From: Bryobacterales bacterium
Lineage (GTDB): Bacteria > Acidobacteriota > Terriglobia > Bryobacterales > UBA6623
Assembly: GCA_963422375.2 (NCBI GenBank)
Contig: OY729427.2
Coordinates: forward strand, 448,001-512,000
Direction: 5' to 3'
Length of the DNA stretch: 64,000 nucleotides
Notes under the pieces: model-generated
What the model saw: the letters and a program-made list of their open reading frames with translations, nothing else
Told to the model about the DNA's origin: nothing
Databases searched by the model: none
Position numbers and translations under genes: made by a program
Part shown: positions 10,796 through 20,500 of the stretch, one piece after another
How the letters are laid out: each line of letters opens with the position of its first letter
How positions within the stretch are numbered: the stretch's first letter is position 1

Positions 10796-11782
10796 ATGGC
10801 TCAGCTATCGGCCCGGCGCAAGCAGCAGATCGTCGGCATCCTCGCGGCGAACTTCTGCTTGGTTGCGACGTTGGTCGCCGTGATCGTCGGAGCCTCCCTC
10901 CTGTCGGCGGTCACGGAGGACCGCCTCGTGCTCAGCACGGTTCCCCTGCTCGCCGCCTCTCTCGCGGTGACCGGCCTCGCCATCGCCCTGCACCCGCAAG
11001 TGAGCATGAATGCGCTGGGCCTAGGACTCTCGTCCGGCACCGGCTTGGCGTGGGGGGCGCTAGCGGGCGCGGCCGCAGCAGCAATGCTGTCCGTGTCCGC
11101 GATCATAGCTGGACAGGCCGCCTGGGTGCCGTGGGATCCGGGGCAGGTCCGTTTCGACTGGACCCAGACGCCCTTGCTGGGCGTTGCCCTGCTCGCGGTC
11201 GGAGCCACCGGCGAGGAACTGTTCATGCGGGGCCCCCTGCTGCTGTTCCTGGCCCGGGCGGTCGGGCCGGCCGGGGGAGTCGCCCTGACCTCTCTGGCCT
11301 TCGCGCTGCTGCACGGCGCCAATCCCGGCGTGACCCATCTCGCGCAGCTCAACACCGCGCTCTTCGGGGCGGTCTTCGGGCTTGCGGTCGTGCGCCGGCG
11401 GTCCCTCTGGCTGGCAGTGGGGCTGCACTTCGGCTGGAACGCCGGCCAGGTTGCCTTGGGCGGGAACAACTCCGGGATTACAATTAGGCTGACAGGGCTG
11501 AACTTGGACCTTCATGGTGCAGAATGGCTGACGGGAGGTGACTATGGCTTGGAAGGCGGGGCACTGGCGACCTGCGGAGCGCTCCTGCTCGCCACAGCGG
11601 TCTGGTGCCTGCCAGGCCCGCGGACCGCGGAACCACCGTACGGGCAGGCCCCCGAAGCGGCCAAGGGCCAGGACGGGATGGTGGAGGCCGCGTTCGTTTC
11701 GGGCTTGCTTGGTGGCGTTGCTCGCACTGGCGGTGACAGCCCACGCCAAGACCGAGAGGCTGACGGCGGATCAGCGAGCTGA
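10796..11782 (+). CDS. CPBP (CAAX/Abi) family intramembrane metalloprotease
   Basis: Multiple hydrophobic segments; EELFMRG, FALLH and LHFGWN motifs. Confidence 0.9.
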   Translation: MAQLSARRKQQIVGILAANFCLVATLVAVIVGASLLSAVTEDRLVLSTVPLLAASLAVTGLAIALHPQVSMNALGLGLSSGTGLAWGALAGAAAAAMLSVSAIIAGQAAWVPWDPGQVRFDWTQTPLLGVALLAVGATGEELFMRGPLLLFLARAVGPAGGVALTSLAFALLHGANPGVTHLAQLNTALFGAVFGLAVVRRRSLWLAVGLHFGWNAGQVALGGNNSGITIRLTGLNLDLHGAEWLTGGDYGLEGGALATCGALLLATAVWCLPGPRTAEPPYGQAPEAAKGQDGMVEAAFVSGLLGGVARTGGDSPRQDREADGGSAS

Positions 11783-12488
11783 GCTCATCCGCAGTCTCAA
11801 CGCCGAGTACGTTTCGGCCAAGGTCCTGATCCCGCGCTCGAAAAAGCCGCTGCAGCTAAGGCCGACCGGCCAGTACGACAGCGAGCAATGGGCCGGCGCC
11901 ATGCAGAAATTCGGTCCGGCAGCCCGGGTCGGCGACCTCGTGCAGATCACGGCAGTCAGCTTCGAGGGCAGGAAGCTGGTGATGGAAATCAATTACGGTC
12001 TCGGCGGCGGGCGGCGCTGGTGGCACCGCATCCAAGTCGCCGGGGCGTCGAGCCGGGGCACCACGCTCGGGGCCGGCCAGACCACCCACGCACCGGGCGG
12101 CACCAAGCTGGCCTTGGTGTTCCAGAGTTCGATTCCGGTCAAGAGCGCCGATGAGTTCAAGCAGATGCTCAAGCCCGTGCTGGACTTCGAGCAGCGCAGC
12201 GCGACGCAGCTCTATCTCGACACGATCGACGTCAAGTACCGAGAGGCGATCGAGCGAGAGGAGGTCATCGAGGCCATGGACAAGGAAATGGTGCTTCTCG
12301 CCAAGGGCAAGCCTCGGAAGAAAGTGCGCGACTTCAAGGACGGCATCGAGACCGAGGACTGGATTTACGGAGAGCCGCCAGGCGAGATCCTGTTCGTGAC
12401 ATTCCTCGACGGCAACGTGATCCGCGTCAAGGAGAGCGTCGCGGCGATCGGGGGATGGGTCAAGGAGACCGTTCAGATCGAGCGCTAG
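11538..12488 (+). CDS. Exported hypothetical protein with a C-terminal SmpA/OmlA(BamE)-like segment; true start probably near 11680-11712
   Basis: Signal-like LVALLALAVTAHA; C-terminal MDKEMVLLAKGKP..EDWIYG..FVTFLDGNV pattern. Confidence 0.7.
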   Translation: MTMAWKAGHWRPAERSCSPQRSGACQARGPRNHRTGRPPKRPRARTGWWRPRSFRACLVALLALAVTAHAKTERLTADQRAELIRSLNAEYVSAKVLIPRSKKPLQLRPTGQYDSEQWAGAMQKFGPAARVGDLVQITAVSFEGRKLVMEINYGLGGGRRWWHRIQVAGASSRGTTLGAGQTTHAPGGTKLALVFQSSIPVKSADEFKQMLKPVLDFEQRSATQLYLDTIDVKYREAIEREEVIEAMDKEMVLLAKGKPRKKVRDFKDGIETEDWIYGEPPGEILFVTFLDGNVIRVKESVAAIGGWVKETVQIER

Positions 12489-13612
12489 GCCCCCGCGGGT
12501 CCGCCGGCTGCGGACCGCTGCCAGCGCCGACCGACCGCGTCGGCCGCCTTGATCGCGTCCCGGACCATGCCTGCGTTCACCGGGAAGGGCTCGTTGTGGA
12601 TCGTCTCGCCCTTCGCCACGGACCGCTCCGCGACGGTCGCTAGAATATCGTCCGCGCAGTCTTGCAAGCCGACCTCGGCCAAGGTGATCGGCAGGCCCAC
12701 GCCTTGCGAGAATGCCAGCACCTCCTCGATCAGGGCCGACGGCTGCCCCTCGAGCACCAGCTGCACCAAGGCTCCGAACGCCACCTTCTCGCCGTGGAAG
12801 TAGGCGTGCGTGCCGTGCGCCACGGTGAGACCGTTATGCACGGAATGCGCCGCGGCCAAGCCGGAGGACTCGAACCCGAGGCCCGAGAGGAGCGTGTTGG
12901 CCTCGACCAAGCGATCCAACGCCGGCGTGACGGAGCGGTTGCGGACCGCGTCCAATGCGTGCGGCCCGTCCTCGACGAGCGTCCGGTAGCACAGCTCCGC
13001 CAGGGCCAGAGCGCTTTGCGTGGAAGCGCCTCCGCGCATGTTGCGCCTGCGCGCCGCCACGGCGGTGCGCGCCTCGAACAGCGTCGCGAGAGCGTCGCCC
13101 ATGCCCGCTACCAGCAGGCGCGGGGGGGCGCAGGCGATCACCGTCGTGTCCACGAGCACGAGCTCCGGGTTGCGACCGTACACCCGGTAGTCAACCACCG
13201 CGCCCTCGTCGCTGTAAATGACGGAGAGCGCTGAACAGGGCGCGTCGCTGGACGCGACGGTGGGGCAGTTCACCACGGGCAGGCCGAGATCCGCGGCGAC
13301 CGCCCGCGCGGTGTCAAGCACCTTGCCGCCGCCGGCACCGACGACGGCGCGCGACCCGGCATGGCGCGCCGCTTGCTTGACGCGCTCGATCTCGCGCTGG
13401 CTGCACTCGCCGGCGAACTGCTCCACGACGTGCTCGAACCCGGCCTCGCCGAAGGTCCGGCGCCAAGTCTCCGCCAGCCTCGCCGCGGCGCTCCGTCCCG
13501 CCAGAACCAAGACGGGCCCCTCGAGGCCGACCCGGTCCATTTCGGCACCGAGCGCCTCGGTCGCGCCCGGGCCTTGGGTGTAACGCGACGGAGAGGAGAA
13601 CACCGACAGCAT
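12485..13612 (-). CDS. gldA: Glycerol dehydrogenase
   Basis: SPSRYTQG, GGGKVLD, ASSDAPCSALSV, AGMGDALAT, GLAAAHSVHNG and HGEKVAFG. Confidence 0.93.
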   Translation of the reverse strand: MLSVFSSPSRYTQGPGATEALGAEMDRVGLEGPVLVLAGRSAAARLAETWRRTFGEAGFEHVVEQFAGECSQREIERVKQAARHAGSRAVVGAGGGKVLDTARAVAADLGLPVVNCPTVASSDAPCSALSVIYSDEGAVVDYRVYGRNPELVLVDTTVIACAPPRLLVAGMGDALATLFEARTAVAARRRNMRGGASTQSALALAELCYRTLVEDGPHALDAVRNRSVTPALDRLVEANTLLSGLGFESSGLAAAHSVHNGLTVAHGTHAYFHGEKVAFGALVQLVLEGQPSALIEEVLAFSQGVGLPITLAEVGLQDCADDILATVAERSVAKGETIHNEPFPVNAGMVRDAIKAADAVGRRWQRSAAGGPAGA

Positions 13613-13860
13613 GATTGGAATTGTAGTGCCGCGCCGGCGTTGTCCGAATCGTCACAAGACCCCTGCCGGCGGAGCTGCGCACGTGGCGGCCGTCCGAAAC
13701 CGGGCCGCTCGCCTCAGCTCGCGGGCAGGAGACGTCGGATGATGTGGGGATGCAGTCCCGCCACGCGACCCCAGCGCCCCGCGTCCCGCTCGCACGAAGC
13801 GCGCCGGCCCTGCTCTGCTCCCTCGCCGCGGGCACGGGCTGATTCGGCGAGACCGCAGTC

Positions 13861-14710
13861 GACAAGCCCAACTTCGTCGTGGTCTTCATCGACGACCTTG
13901 GCTACGGCGACATCGGACCCTTCGGTTCCGACAATCCCACGCCCAACCTCGACCGCATGGCGGCCGTGGGCAGGAAGCTCACTTCGTTCTACTCCGCCTC
14001 GCCAGTCTGCACGCCGTCGCGGGCCGCTCGCTTGACGGGGCCTATCCGAATCCTGGGCGGCTCTGGTCGAGGCCCGGACCCGCGCGCAGATCGAGGAGGT
14101 CGCCTGGAGCGTGGGGAGCGCGCTGGGGACGCTTCGCGAGCTCGGCCTCGCCGAGAGCACGCTCGTAGTCTTCACGTCCGACAACGGCGGCTCGTTCGGC
14201 AGCCGCAACGCGCCGCTTCGGGGCAGGAAGGGCACCACGTGGGAAGGGGGCATGCGCGAGCCCACCGTGGCGTGGTGGCCCGGGACGGTGCCTGCGGGGA
14301 CCGCCAGCGACGAGGTCGCGACAACGATGGACCTGCTGCCGACCTTCGCCAGGCTGGCCGGCGGCGACCCGCCGGAGGGCCGGACTATCGATGGCCGCGA
14401 CATCGCCGACCTGCTCTTAGGCGGTCCTGACGCCCGGTCTCCCCACAAGGCCTTCTTCTACTACCGACAGCACTCCCTGCGGGCCGTCCGCTCCGGCAGG
14501 TGGAAGCTGACACGGCCGGAGGGCCATCTCTACGACCTGGACAGCGACGGGAGCGAGACTACGGACGTAGCCTCGACGCATCCTGCGGTGGTTGAGCGCC
14601 TCGCGAAGTACCTTGACGGCGCAGCGGCCGACCTCGGCGACGGCCGGGACAGTTATCCCCGCTGCCGTCCTCCGGGCTCGCTCGAGGAGCCCCGCACGCT
14701 GCTGCCGCGC
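13861..14710 (+). pseudogene. Internally deleted arylsulfatase remnant
   Basis: [16 protein letters not shown] and CTPSRA (formylglycine motif) joined out of frame to [20 protein letters not shown]; central part absent; in-frame TGA upstream; limits approximate. Confidence 0.8.
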
Positions 14711-14808
14711 AGGAATGCCGATCGATCGCAGGACGGTGCGCGGAGGGCGGGACGGCTGGCTTGCGCGCGCGAGGACCGCTGCGGGCACGCCGAACCGAGG
14801 ACGAGGCC

Positions 14809-14837
14809 TTGCACCGGTAACCCTGCGGTGCTAGAAT
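14809..14837 (+). promoter_or_regulatory. Sigma70-type promoter of tRNA-Gly
   Basis: TTGCAC-17 nt-TAGAAT with extended -10 TG, 7 nt upstream of the tRNA. Confidence 0.7.
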
Positions 14838-14844
14838 CACCCTT

Positions 14845-14919
14845 GCGGGAGTAGTTCAGAGGTAGAACGTCAGCTTCCCAAGCTGAATGTCGCGGGTTCA
14901 ATTCCCGTCTCCCGCTCCA
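14845..14919 (+). tRNA. tRNA-Gly(CCC)
   Basis: GCGGGAG/CTCCCGC acceptor stem, TCAGC-TTCCCAA-GCTGA anticodon arm, GGTTCAATTCC T-arm and encoded CCA. Confidence 0.97.
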
Positions 14920-15127
14920 CCTCCCTCCGCCAGCGCGATCGGCGCAGCCCGTCGGCATAGGTCCGACGGCGGCAGGTTCCCGCGACCCGGCTCTTAGGGA
15001 GCCCTCCCCTCGGCAGCCCCACCGCGCCGCCTCCGGCAGCGAAGCCTGCGGACAGCGAGCCCCTACTCTCCCAGCGCGCGCGAGCCGGGTTGCCATGCGG
15101 GCGGCGATACGCCAAACTCATGGAGCG

Positions 15128-16405
15128 ATGCAGCGACGGACGTTTCTCGGCCAAGCCGGTCTGGGAGCAGCGGCCGCAGCGGCTGCTCCGCTCTCCCCGG
15201 ACCCCATGGGAGACCGGCCCGCTCTCAAGATCACCGACGTCCAGACGTTCCTCGTCGGCACGACGCCTCGGTCCGATCCTGCGGGCGTGACCGGAACCAT
15301 CGGGGGCCGCAACTGGGTCTACGTGAAGGTCCGCACGGACCAAGGCATCGACGGCATCGGAGAGGCGTACTCGGTCGGCCCGGACGAAGCCACCGCGAAG
15401 GTGGTGGAAGACTACAAGTCCTGGCTCATCGGGCAGGACCCGCGCAACATCCAGCACCTGTGGGATCTGATGTACAACACCACGCGGTTCCCGGGCGGCT
15501 CCGTTGTCAACGCCGCGATGAGCGGCATCGAGCACGCCCTCTGGGACATCGCCGCCAAGGCCGTGGGCCTCCCCGTGTGGGCCCTGCTCGGAGGGCGGGT
15601 CCGGGAGAAGGTGCGCGTCTACCAGTCCATCGGCGGCGCGAATGCGTCGGATGCGGCCGCCAGCGCTCGGAGGCTGGTCGAGGAGTTCGGCTACACCGCT
15701 CTCAAGATGTCCCCGCACGACCGCGGGGACCTGTCGATGCCATACAATCGGGTCACGCGCATCGCCGGGCAGCGGGTCCAGGCCGTGCGCGAGGCCGTCG
15801 GCCCGGACGTCGACATCGCCGTGGACATTCACGCGCGCTACCGGGAGGTGCAGCGCGCCATTCGGGTCGCACGCGAGATCGAGCCCTACATGCCCTTCTG
15901 GCTCGAGGAGCCGCTGCGCCCGGAGAACCCGGACGCGATGAAGAAGCTGGCCGATCACGTCAGCATCCCTCTGGCCAGCGGCGAGTGCAACTACACGAAG
16001 TTCGAGTTCCGCGACCTGATCAACATCCAAGCGCTCGACATCGTCCAGCCGGACATCTGCGTGTGCGGCGGCATCATGGAAATGAAGAAGATTGCCGCTA
16101 TGGCCGAGGCCCAGTACATGGTGGTGGCCCCGCACAACCCGATGAGCCCGCTGGCCACCGCCGTGAACGTGCATTTCGCCGCGTCGACTCCCAACTTCCT
16201 CGTGCTCGAGTATCGGGCCCCGGTGAGCGGAGCGCACAAGGACGTGCTCAAGAATCCGCTGATGGTGCAGGACGGCTACGTCGAAATACCCAACGCGCCG
16301 GGCTGGGGCGTCGAACTCAACGAGGAGGCCTTCGAGCACTACCCCGCCCGGCCGTGGAAGCGCGGCACGGGATTCCGCGAGGACGGCGCGGTCGCGTTCA
16401 TCTGA
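15128..16405 (+). CDS. Tat-signal mandelate racemase/galactonate dehydratase (DgoD-like) enolase-superfamily enzyme
   Basis: MQRRTFLG signal; SGIEHALWDI, VDIH, WLEEP, ASGE, QPDI and APHNP motifs. Confidence 0.88.
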   Translation: MQRRTFLGQAGLGAAAAAAAPLSPDPMGDRPALKITDVQTFLVGTTPRSDPAGVTGTIGGRNWVYVKVRTDQGIDGIGEAYSVGPDEATAKVVEDYKSWLIGQDPRNIQHLWDLMYNTTRFPGGSVVNAAMSGIEHALWDIAAKAVGLPVWALLGGRVREKVRVYQSIGGANASDAAASARRLVEEFGYTALKMSPHDRGDLSMPYNRVTRIAGQRVQAVREAVGPDVDIAVDIHARYREVQRAIRVAREIEPYMPFWLEEPLRPENPDAMKKLADHVSIPLASGECNYTKFEFRDLINIQALDIVQPDICVCGGIMEMKKIAAMAEAQYMVVAPHNPMSPLATAVNVHFAASTPNFLVLEYRAPVSGAHKDVLKNPLMVQDGYVEIPNAPGWGVELNEEAFEHYPARPWKRGTGFREDGAVAFI

Positions 16406-16490
16406 GGAAGCACCTAGGGAATCCCGCCCGGCCGGGACGAATAAGATGGAAGCTGGTCGGCATGCCGCCAGGACGGCGCGCTGCGTGCTC

Positions 16491-19400
16491 ATGCCAATCC
16501 CCTTCCCTGAGTCGCGGAGGCTCCGCTGGCTATGCGGCCTGGCCCTCGCCGCCGCGGCGGCGGCTCTCTACATCGGCACGCAGCCCCGGATCCTGTTCCT
16601 GGGCTTCCCGAGCATGTACCGCCTGCTGCTCGCCGAGAGCTCCCAGCTCAGCGGGGTGGACTACGCGTACTGGAGCCCGGAAAGGCTCGACGACCTGCGC
16701 CTCGGCGAGCCGGACTTCAGCCGCTACAAGGCGGTCTTCGTCAGCGGACGGCGCTCGGACCCTCTCAGCCGCCCGGTGCGCCGGGCCCTCCGCGAGGCGG
16801 GCGAGCGCGGCACGCGGGTCATCGTCCTGCCCGCGCACGACGCGGCGCGCCTGGGGGTGGGGAACGCGGATTTCGCAGGGGAGGACCGCTGGCTGGACGA
16901 GTACTGGCGGTACGGCGGCGTCACGAACATGGCCCGGCTCCTGCAGACCGCCGCGGCGCGCTACCTAGGGCGCGATCTCGAAGAGCTGCCGCCCGAGCCG
17001 GCGCCCGACGACGGCTACTACCACCCGGACTCGTCCGGCCTTTTCACCACGACCGCGGAATACGAGCGCTGGTACGAGGAGTCCGGCCGCTTCAGGCCGG
17101 GAGCGCCCAAGGTGCTTATCGACTTCGCCGACGGCTGGAGGCTCGGGATGACCCAAGGCACCGAAGCGGTCATCCGCGCCTTCGAGCGGGGCGGCTTCAA
17201 TGCCGCCTCGATCTTCGGCACGGCGCAGACTGCCCCGTTCGCTCTGGAATACCGCCCCAGCGTCATCGTCTCCCGAAAGCACGGCCGCTGGTGGCTCGGC
17301 GAGCAGGGCGTCGACGTGCTGGAGGAGAGGATCGACGTGCCGCTGCTGCGGGGTCTGTCGCTGCTCTTCACCGGGGAGTCGTTCCGGAACTACCAGCGGA
17401 CCCGCGCCGGGATTCGCGACGCCGGCCTGATCATGGGCGCGATGGTGCCCGAGCTAGACGGCGCCATCCAGCCCACGCTGATCGAGGGCCTTGACTCTGT
17501 CTGGTACGGGCGGCGCTACGAAGCCTTCCGCGACGAGCGCATAGGCCTCCTCGTCGACCGCGCCAAGCGCTGGGTGCGTCTGCGGGAGGCGTCGAACGCG
17601 GACAAGCGCGTGGCGATCGTCTACGTCGCGGGAATCGGCAAGGGGCGGATCACCGCGGCCGGGCTCAACGTCCCGCGCAGTCTGATCGGCTTCGTGGCGG
17701 CCATGAAAGCGGCGGGATACTCGTTCGACCGCCTTCCGGAGGACGAGGACGCGCTGCTCGAGGAGATGCTCGCCAAGGGCCGCAACGTCAGCCTGGGACG
17801 GCCCCGCGACCTGCGAACGCTCTCCCGGACGGAAGGCGTGCTGCGGCTTCCGGCGGCGGGCTACGAGCGCTGGTTCGCGGACCTGCCGGAGCCGATGCGC
17901 AAGGAAGTCACCGACGCGTTCGGGCCGCCGCCGGGCGACCTGATGGTCGTGGAGGACGGCGGGCAGCCGGCCTTCGTGGTGCCGAAGCTGGACTACGGCA
18001 ACGTGATAGTCCTGCCCCAGCCGGTCCGCGGCTCGCGCATGGACGCCAAGCTGCAGCACGACGACCGGGTGCCCCCTCCCCACCAGTACCTGGCGGTCTA
18101 CTGGTGGCTGCGAGAAGTCTGGAAGGCGGACGCGATAATCAACTACGGCACCCACGGTACGCACGAGTTCCTGCCCGGTCGGCCGCTGGGCCAGCTGGCC
18201 GACGACTGGTCCGACCGGATCCTCGGCCCGGTCCCCAGCCTCTACGTGTACGTGATGGACAACGTGGGGGAGGCCCTGATCGCGAAGCGCCGGGGCGCGG
18301 CGGTCACCGTGAGCCACCTGATCCCGCCGGTCGATTCCGCGGGAATCGTGGGCGAGCAGCCGCAGGTCGCCGACCTGTACCGTCTGACGCAGCAGTTCCG
18401 GTCCGCCCGCAACGGGGCGCTGAAGGAAGGGATCCGCCAGCGGATCCGCTCCTCCGGATCCGCTCAAGGGTTCGACCGGGACATCGGGGCCGACTGGACC
18501 ACGAGCGCCCCCACAGACGCGGAAGTGGGGCGCCTGGGCCGACACATCCACCTCACGGATCGGGACCGGATCCCGGTCGGCCTGCACGTGCACGGGAAGA
18601 CCGCCCGGCCCGGTGACCTGGCTCCCATGGTGGCGGCGATGATGGGAGAGGCCTTCGTCGCGAGCTTCGGGTGCTCCGACGCCTCCGACACCCGGGGCTG
18701 CGCGGCCGAGGCGCGCGAGCGCGCCGAGAGCGCCGTGCGGCGCGCCCTGGCAGGCGGCGAGCGGCCCGCCGCAATGCGGCCCGTCGCCGCCGAGTTCGAA
18801 AGGATCCGCGACGCCTTCTCGCACGCGCCGGACGAAGTGGCCCACGCGCTCGACGCGCTGGCCGGGCGCTACGTGCCGCCCGGCGGGGGCGGCGACCCCT
18901 TGCGCAATCCGGGCGCCCTCCCCACAGGACGCAATCTCCACGGCATCAACCCGGCCGAGGTGCCGACCAAGGCCGCCTGGGAACTGGGCGTCCGCATGGC
19001 GGAGCAGCAGCTGGCGGCGGAGCGCGCCCGGCTGGGCCGCTGGCCGCGCAAGATCGGCTTCACCCTCTGGAACACGGAAGTGATCCGTCAGCACGGCACC
19101 GACCTGGCGCACGCGATGCACGTGATGGGCGTGCGGCCGGTCTGGGACCACCGCAACGTGGTGGAGGACGTCGAGCTCGTCCCGGCGGTCGAGCTCGGCC
19201 GCCCGCGCGTCGATGTCGTGATCCAAGCCGCGTCGCTCTTCCGCGACACGTTCCCGGACCGCATGAAGCTGCTGGACAGGGCCGCCCGGCTGGCCGCGAG
19301 CGCCACGGATGGCGAGAACTACCTTGCCGAGCACGCCGCCGAGGCCGAGCGCGAGCTGAAACGCTCCGGAGTGGCCGCCAAGGACGCGCGCCTGCTGGCC

Positions 19401-20390
19401 GGAGCCCGCGTCTTCAGCAACTCGGCCGGGGGATACGGAACCGGACTGGTCGATTCGATCGAGCGGAGCGGCAGCTACTCCTCGTCCGAGGGCCTGACCG
19501 AAGCCTATCTGGCGAGGACGGGGGCCGTGTACACGGAAGGGTTCGAATGGGGCCGACCCGTGCCGGAAGCGTACCGCGCCCAGCTGCGGCGCACCGACGC
19601 GGTCACGCTGAGCCGGTCGACCAACGTGGTCGGGGCGCTCACGCTGGACCACTACTTCGAGTACCTCGGCGGGATGACCATGGCGGTGCGCGACGCGACC
19701 GGGATCGCGCCCGAGACGTACCTAGCCGACGTCCGCGATCCGCAGGCGCCGCGCATGGAGACGGCGCGCGAGTCCCTCGCGCGCGGCCTGCGCGGCAAGT
19801 TCTGGAACCCCAAGTGGATTCGGGAGCTGCAGGCCGAGGGGTTCTCCGGAGCGGTCGAGATCGCCCAGACCGCGACGAACCTGTTCGGCTGGCAGGTGAC
19901 CAAGCCGGCCGCGGTCGGCACGGAAGTGTGGGACCGCGTGCATGCGGTGTACGTGACCGACACGCTGGGGCTGGGCGTGCCGCAGTGGCTGGACGACGCC
20001 AACCCCTTCGCCTCCCAGGAGGTGCTGGCCGTGCTGCTGGAAGCTGCGCGGAAGGGCTTCTGGGAAGCCGACCGGGGCGACCTCGAGCACCTGGCGCTGT
20101 CTTACGCGGACTCGCTAGACCGGCACGGCGCGTCCGGCAGCGTCCGCACGACCGGCAACCGGCCGTTCGAAGACTTCGTCGAGGCTCGGGTCGCGGCGTC
20201 GGCGCGCCCTGAGCTGGTCGCATCGCTTCGTGACGAGCTGCGCGACGGCAGCATTCCGCAGGTTGAAGGGCGGCGTCTGGTGAGGCACGAGCCGGCGGCG
20301 GCTTCCGGCCCGGTCGGCCCGGCCGCGGCCACAGCGATTCTCGGCGCGCTGGCCGGCGTGTTCCTCCTAGGCTGGCGGCGGATTCGCTAG
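16491..20390 (+). CDS. CobN/magnesium-chelatase-H family protein with N- and C-terminal membrane segments
   Basis: PPPHQYLAVY, GTHGTHEFLPG, GEALIAKRRG, LPTGRN, LGRPRVDV, DHYFEYLGG and NPKWI motifs; start uncertain (16446 or 16491). Confidence 0.9.
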   Translation: MPIPFPESRRLRWLCGLALAAAAAALYIGTQPRILFLGFPSMYRLLLAESSQLSGVDYAYWSPERLDDLRLGEPDFSRYKAVFVSGRRSDPLSRPVRRALREAGERGTRVIVLPAHDAARLGVGNADFAGEDRWLDEYWRYGGVTNMARLLQTAAARYLGRDLEELPPEPAPDDGYYHPDSSGLFTTTAEYERWYEESGRFRPGAPKVLIDFADGWRLGMTQGTEAVIRAFERGGFNAASIFGTAQTAPFALEYRPSVIVSRKHGRWWLGEQGVDVLEERIDVPLLRGLSLLFTGESFRNYQRTRAGIRDAGLIMGAMVPELDGAIQPTLIEGLDSVWYGRRYEAFRDERIGLLVDRAKRWVRLREASNADKRVAIVYVAGIGKGRITAAGLNVPRSLIGFVAAMKAAGYSFDRLPEDEDALLEEMLAKGRNVSLGRPRDLRTLSRTEGVLRLPAAGYERWFADLPEPMRKEVTDAFGPPPGDLMVVEDGGQPAFVVPKLDYGNVIVLPQPVRGSRMDAKLQHDDRVPPPHQYLAVYWWLREVWKADAIINYGTHGTHEFLPGRPLGQLADDWSDRILGPVPSLYVYVMDNVGEALIAKRRGAAVTVSHLIPPVDSAGIVGEQPQVADLYRLTQQFRSARNGALKEGIRQRIRSSGSAQGFDRDIGADWTTSAPTDAEVGRLGRHIHLTDRDRIPVGLHVHGKTARPGDLAPMVAAMMGEAFVASFGCSDASDTRGCAAEARERAESAVRRALAGGERPAAMRPVAAEFERIRDAFSHAPDEVAHALDALAGRYVPPGGGGDPLRNPGALPTGRNLHGINPAEVPTKAAWELGVRMAEQQLAAERARLGRWPRKIGFTLWNTEVIRQHGTDLAHAMHVMGVRPVWDHRNVVEDVELVPAVELGRPRVDVVIQAASLFRDTFPDRMKLLDRAARLAASATDGENYLAEHAAEAERELKRSGVAAKDARLLAGARVFSNSAGGYGTGLVDSIERSGSYSSSEGLTEAYLARTGAVYTEGFEWGRPVPEAYRAQLRRTDAVTLSRSTNVVGALTLDHYFEYLGGMTMAVRDATGIAPETYLADVRDPQAPRMETARESLARGLRGKFWNPKWIRELQAEGFSGAVEIAQTATNLFGWQVTKPAAVGTEVWDRVHAVYVTDTLGLGVPQWLDDANPFASQEVLAVLLEAARKGFWEADRGDLEHLALSYADSLDRHGASGSVRTTGNRPFEDFVEARVAASARPELVASLRDELRDGSIPQVEGRRLVRHEPAAASGPVGPAAATAILGALAGVFLLGWRRIR

Positions 20391-20500
20391 GCGGTCGGAG
20401 CGGCCGCCAGGCCCGTTGCTATACTGCGTTCACCGGCGGTCCATCCGCAAGCCGGCCGGGCAACCGCGACGCCGGCGTCGCGGCGATTGAGGCGGCCCGA

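Noticed and set aside
16406..16490. Possible cobalamin riboswitch upstream of the CobN-like gene
   Set aside because: Too short; only GGGAATCCC matches
17454..19652. Long antisense or alternative-frame ORFs (this one, 2316-4286, 22713-24422, 55262-56911 and similar)
   Set aside because: Typical high-GC shadow ORFs overlapping well-supported genes
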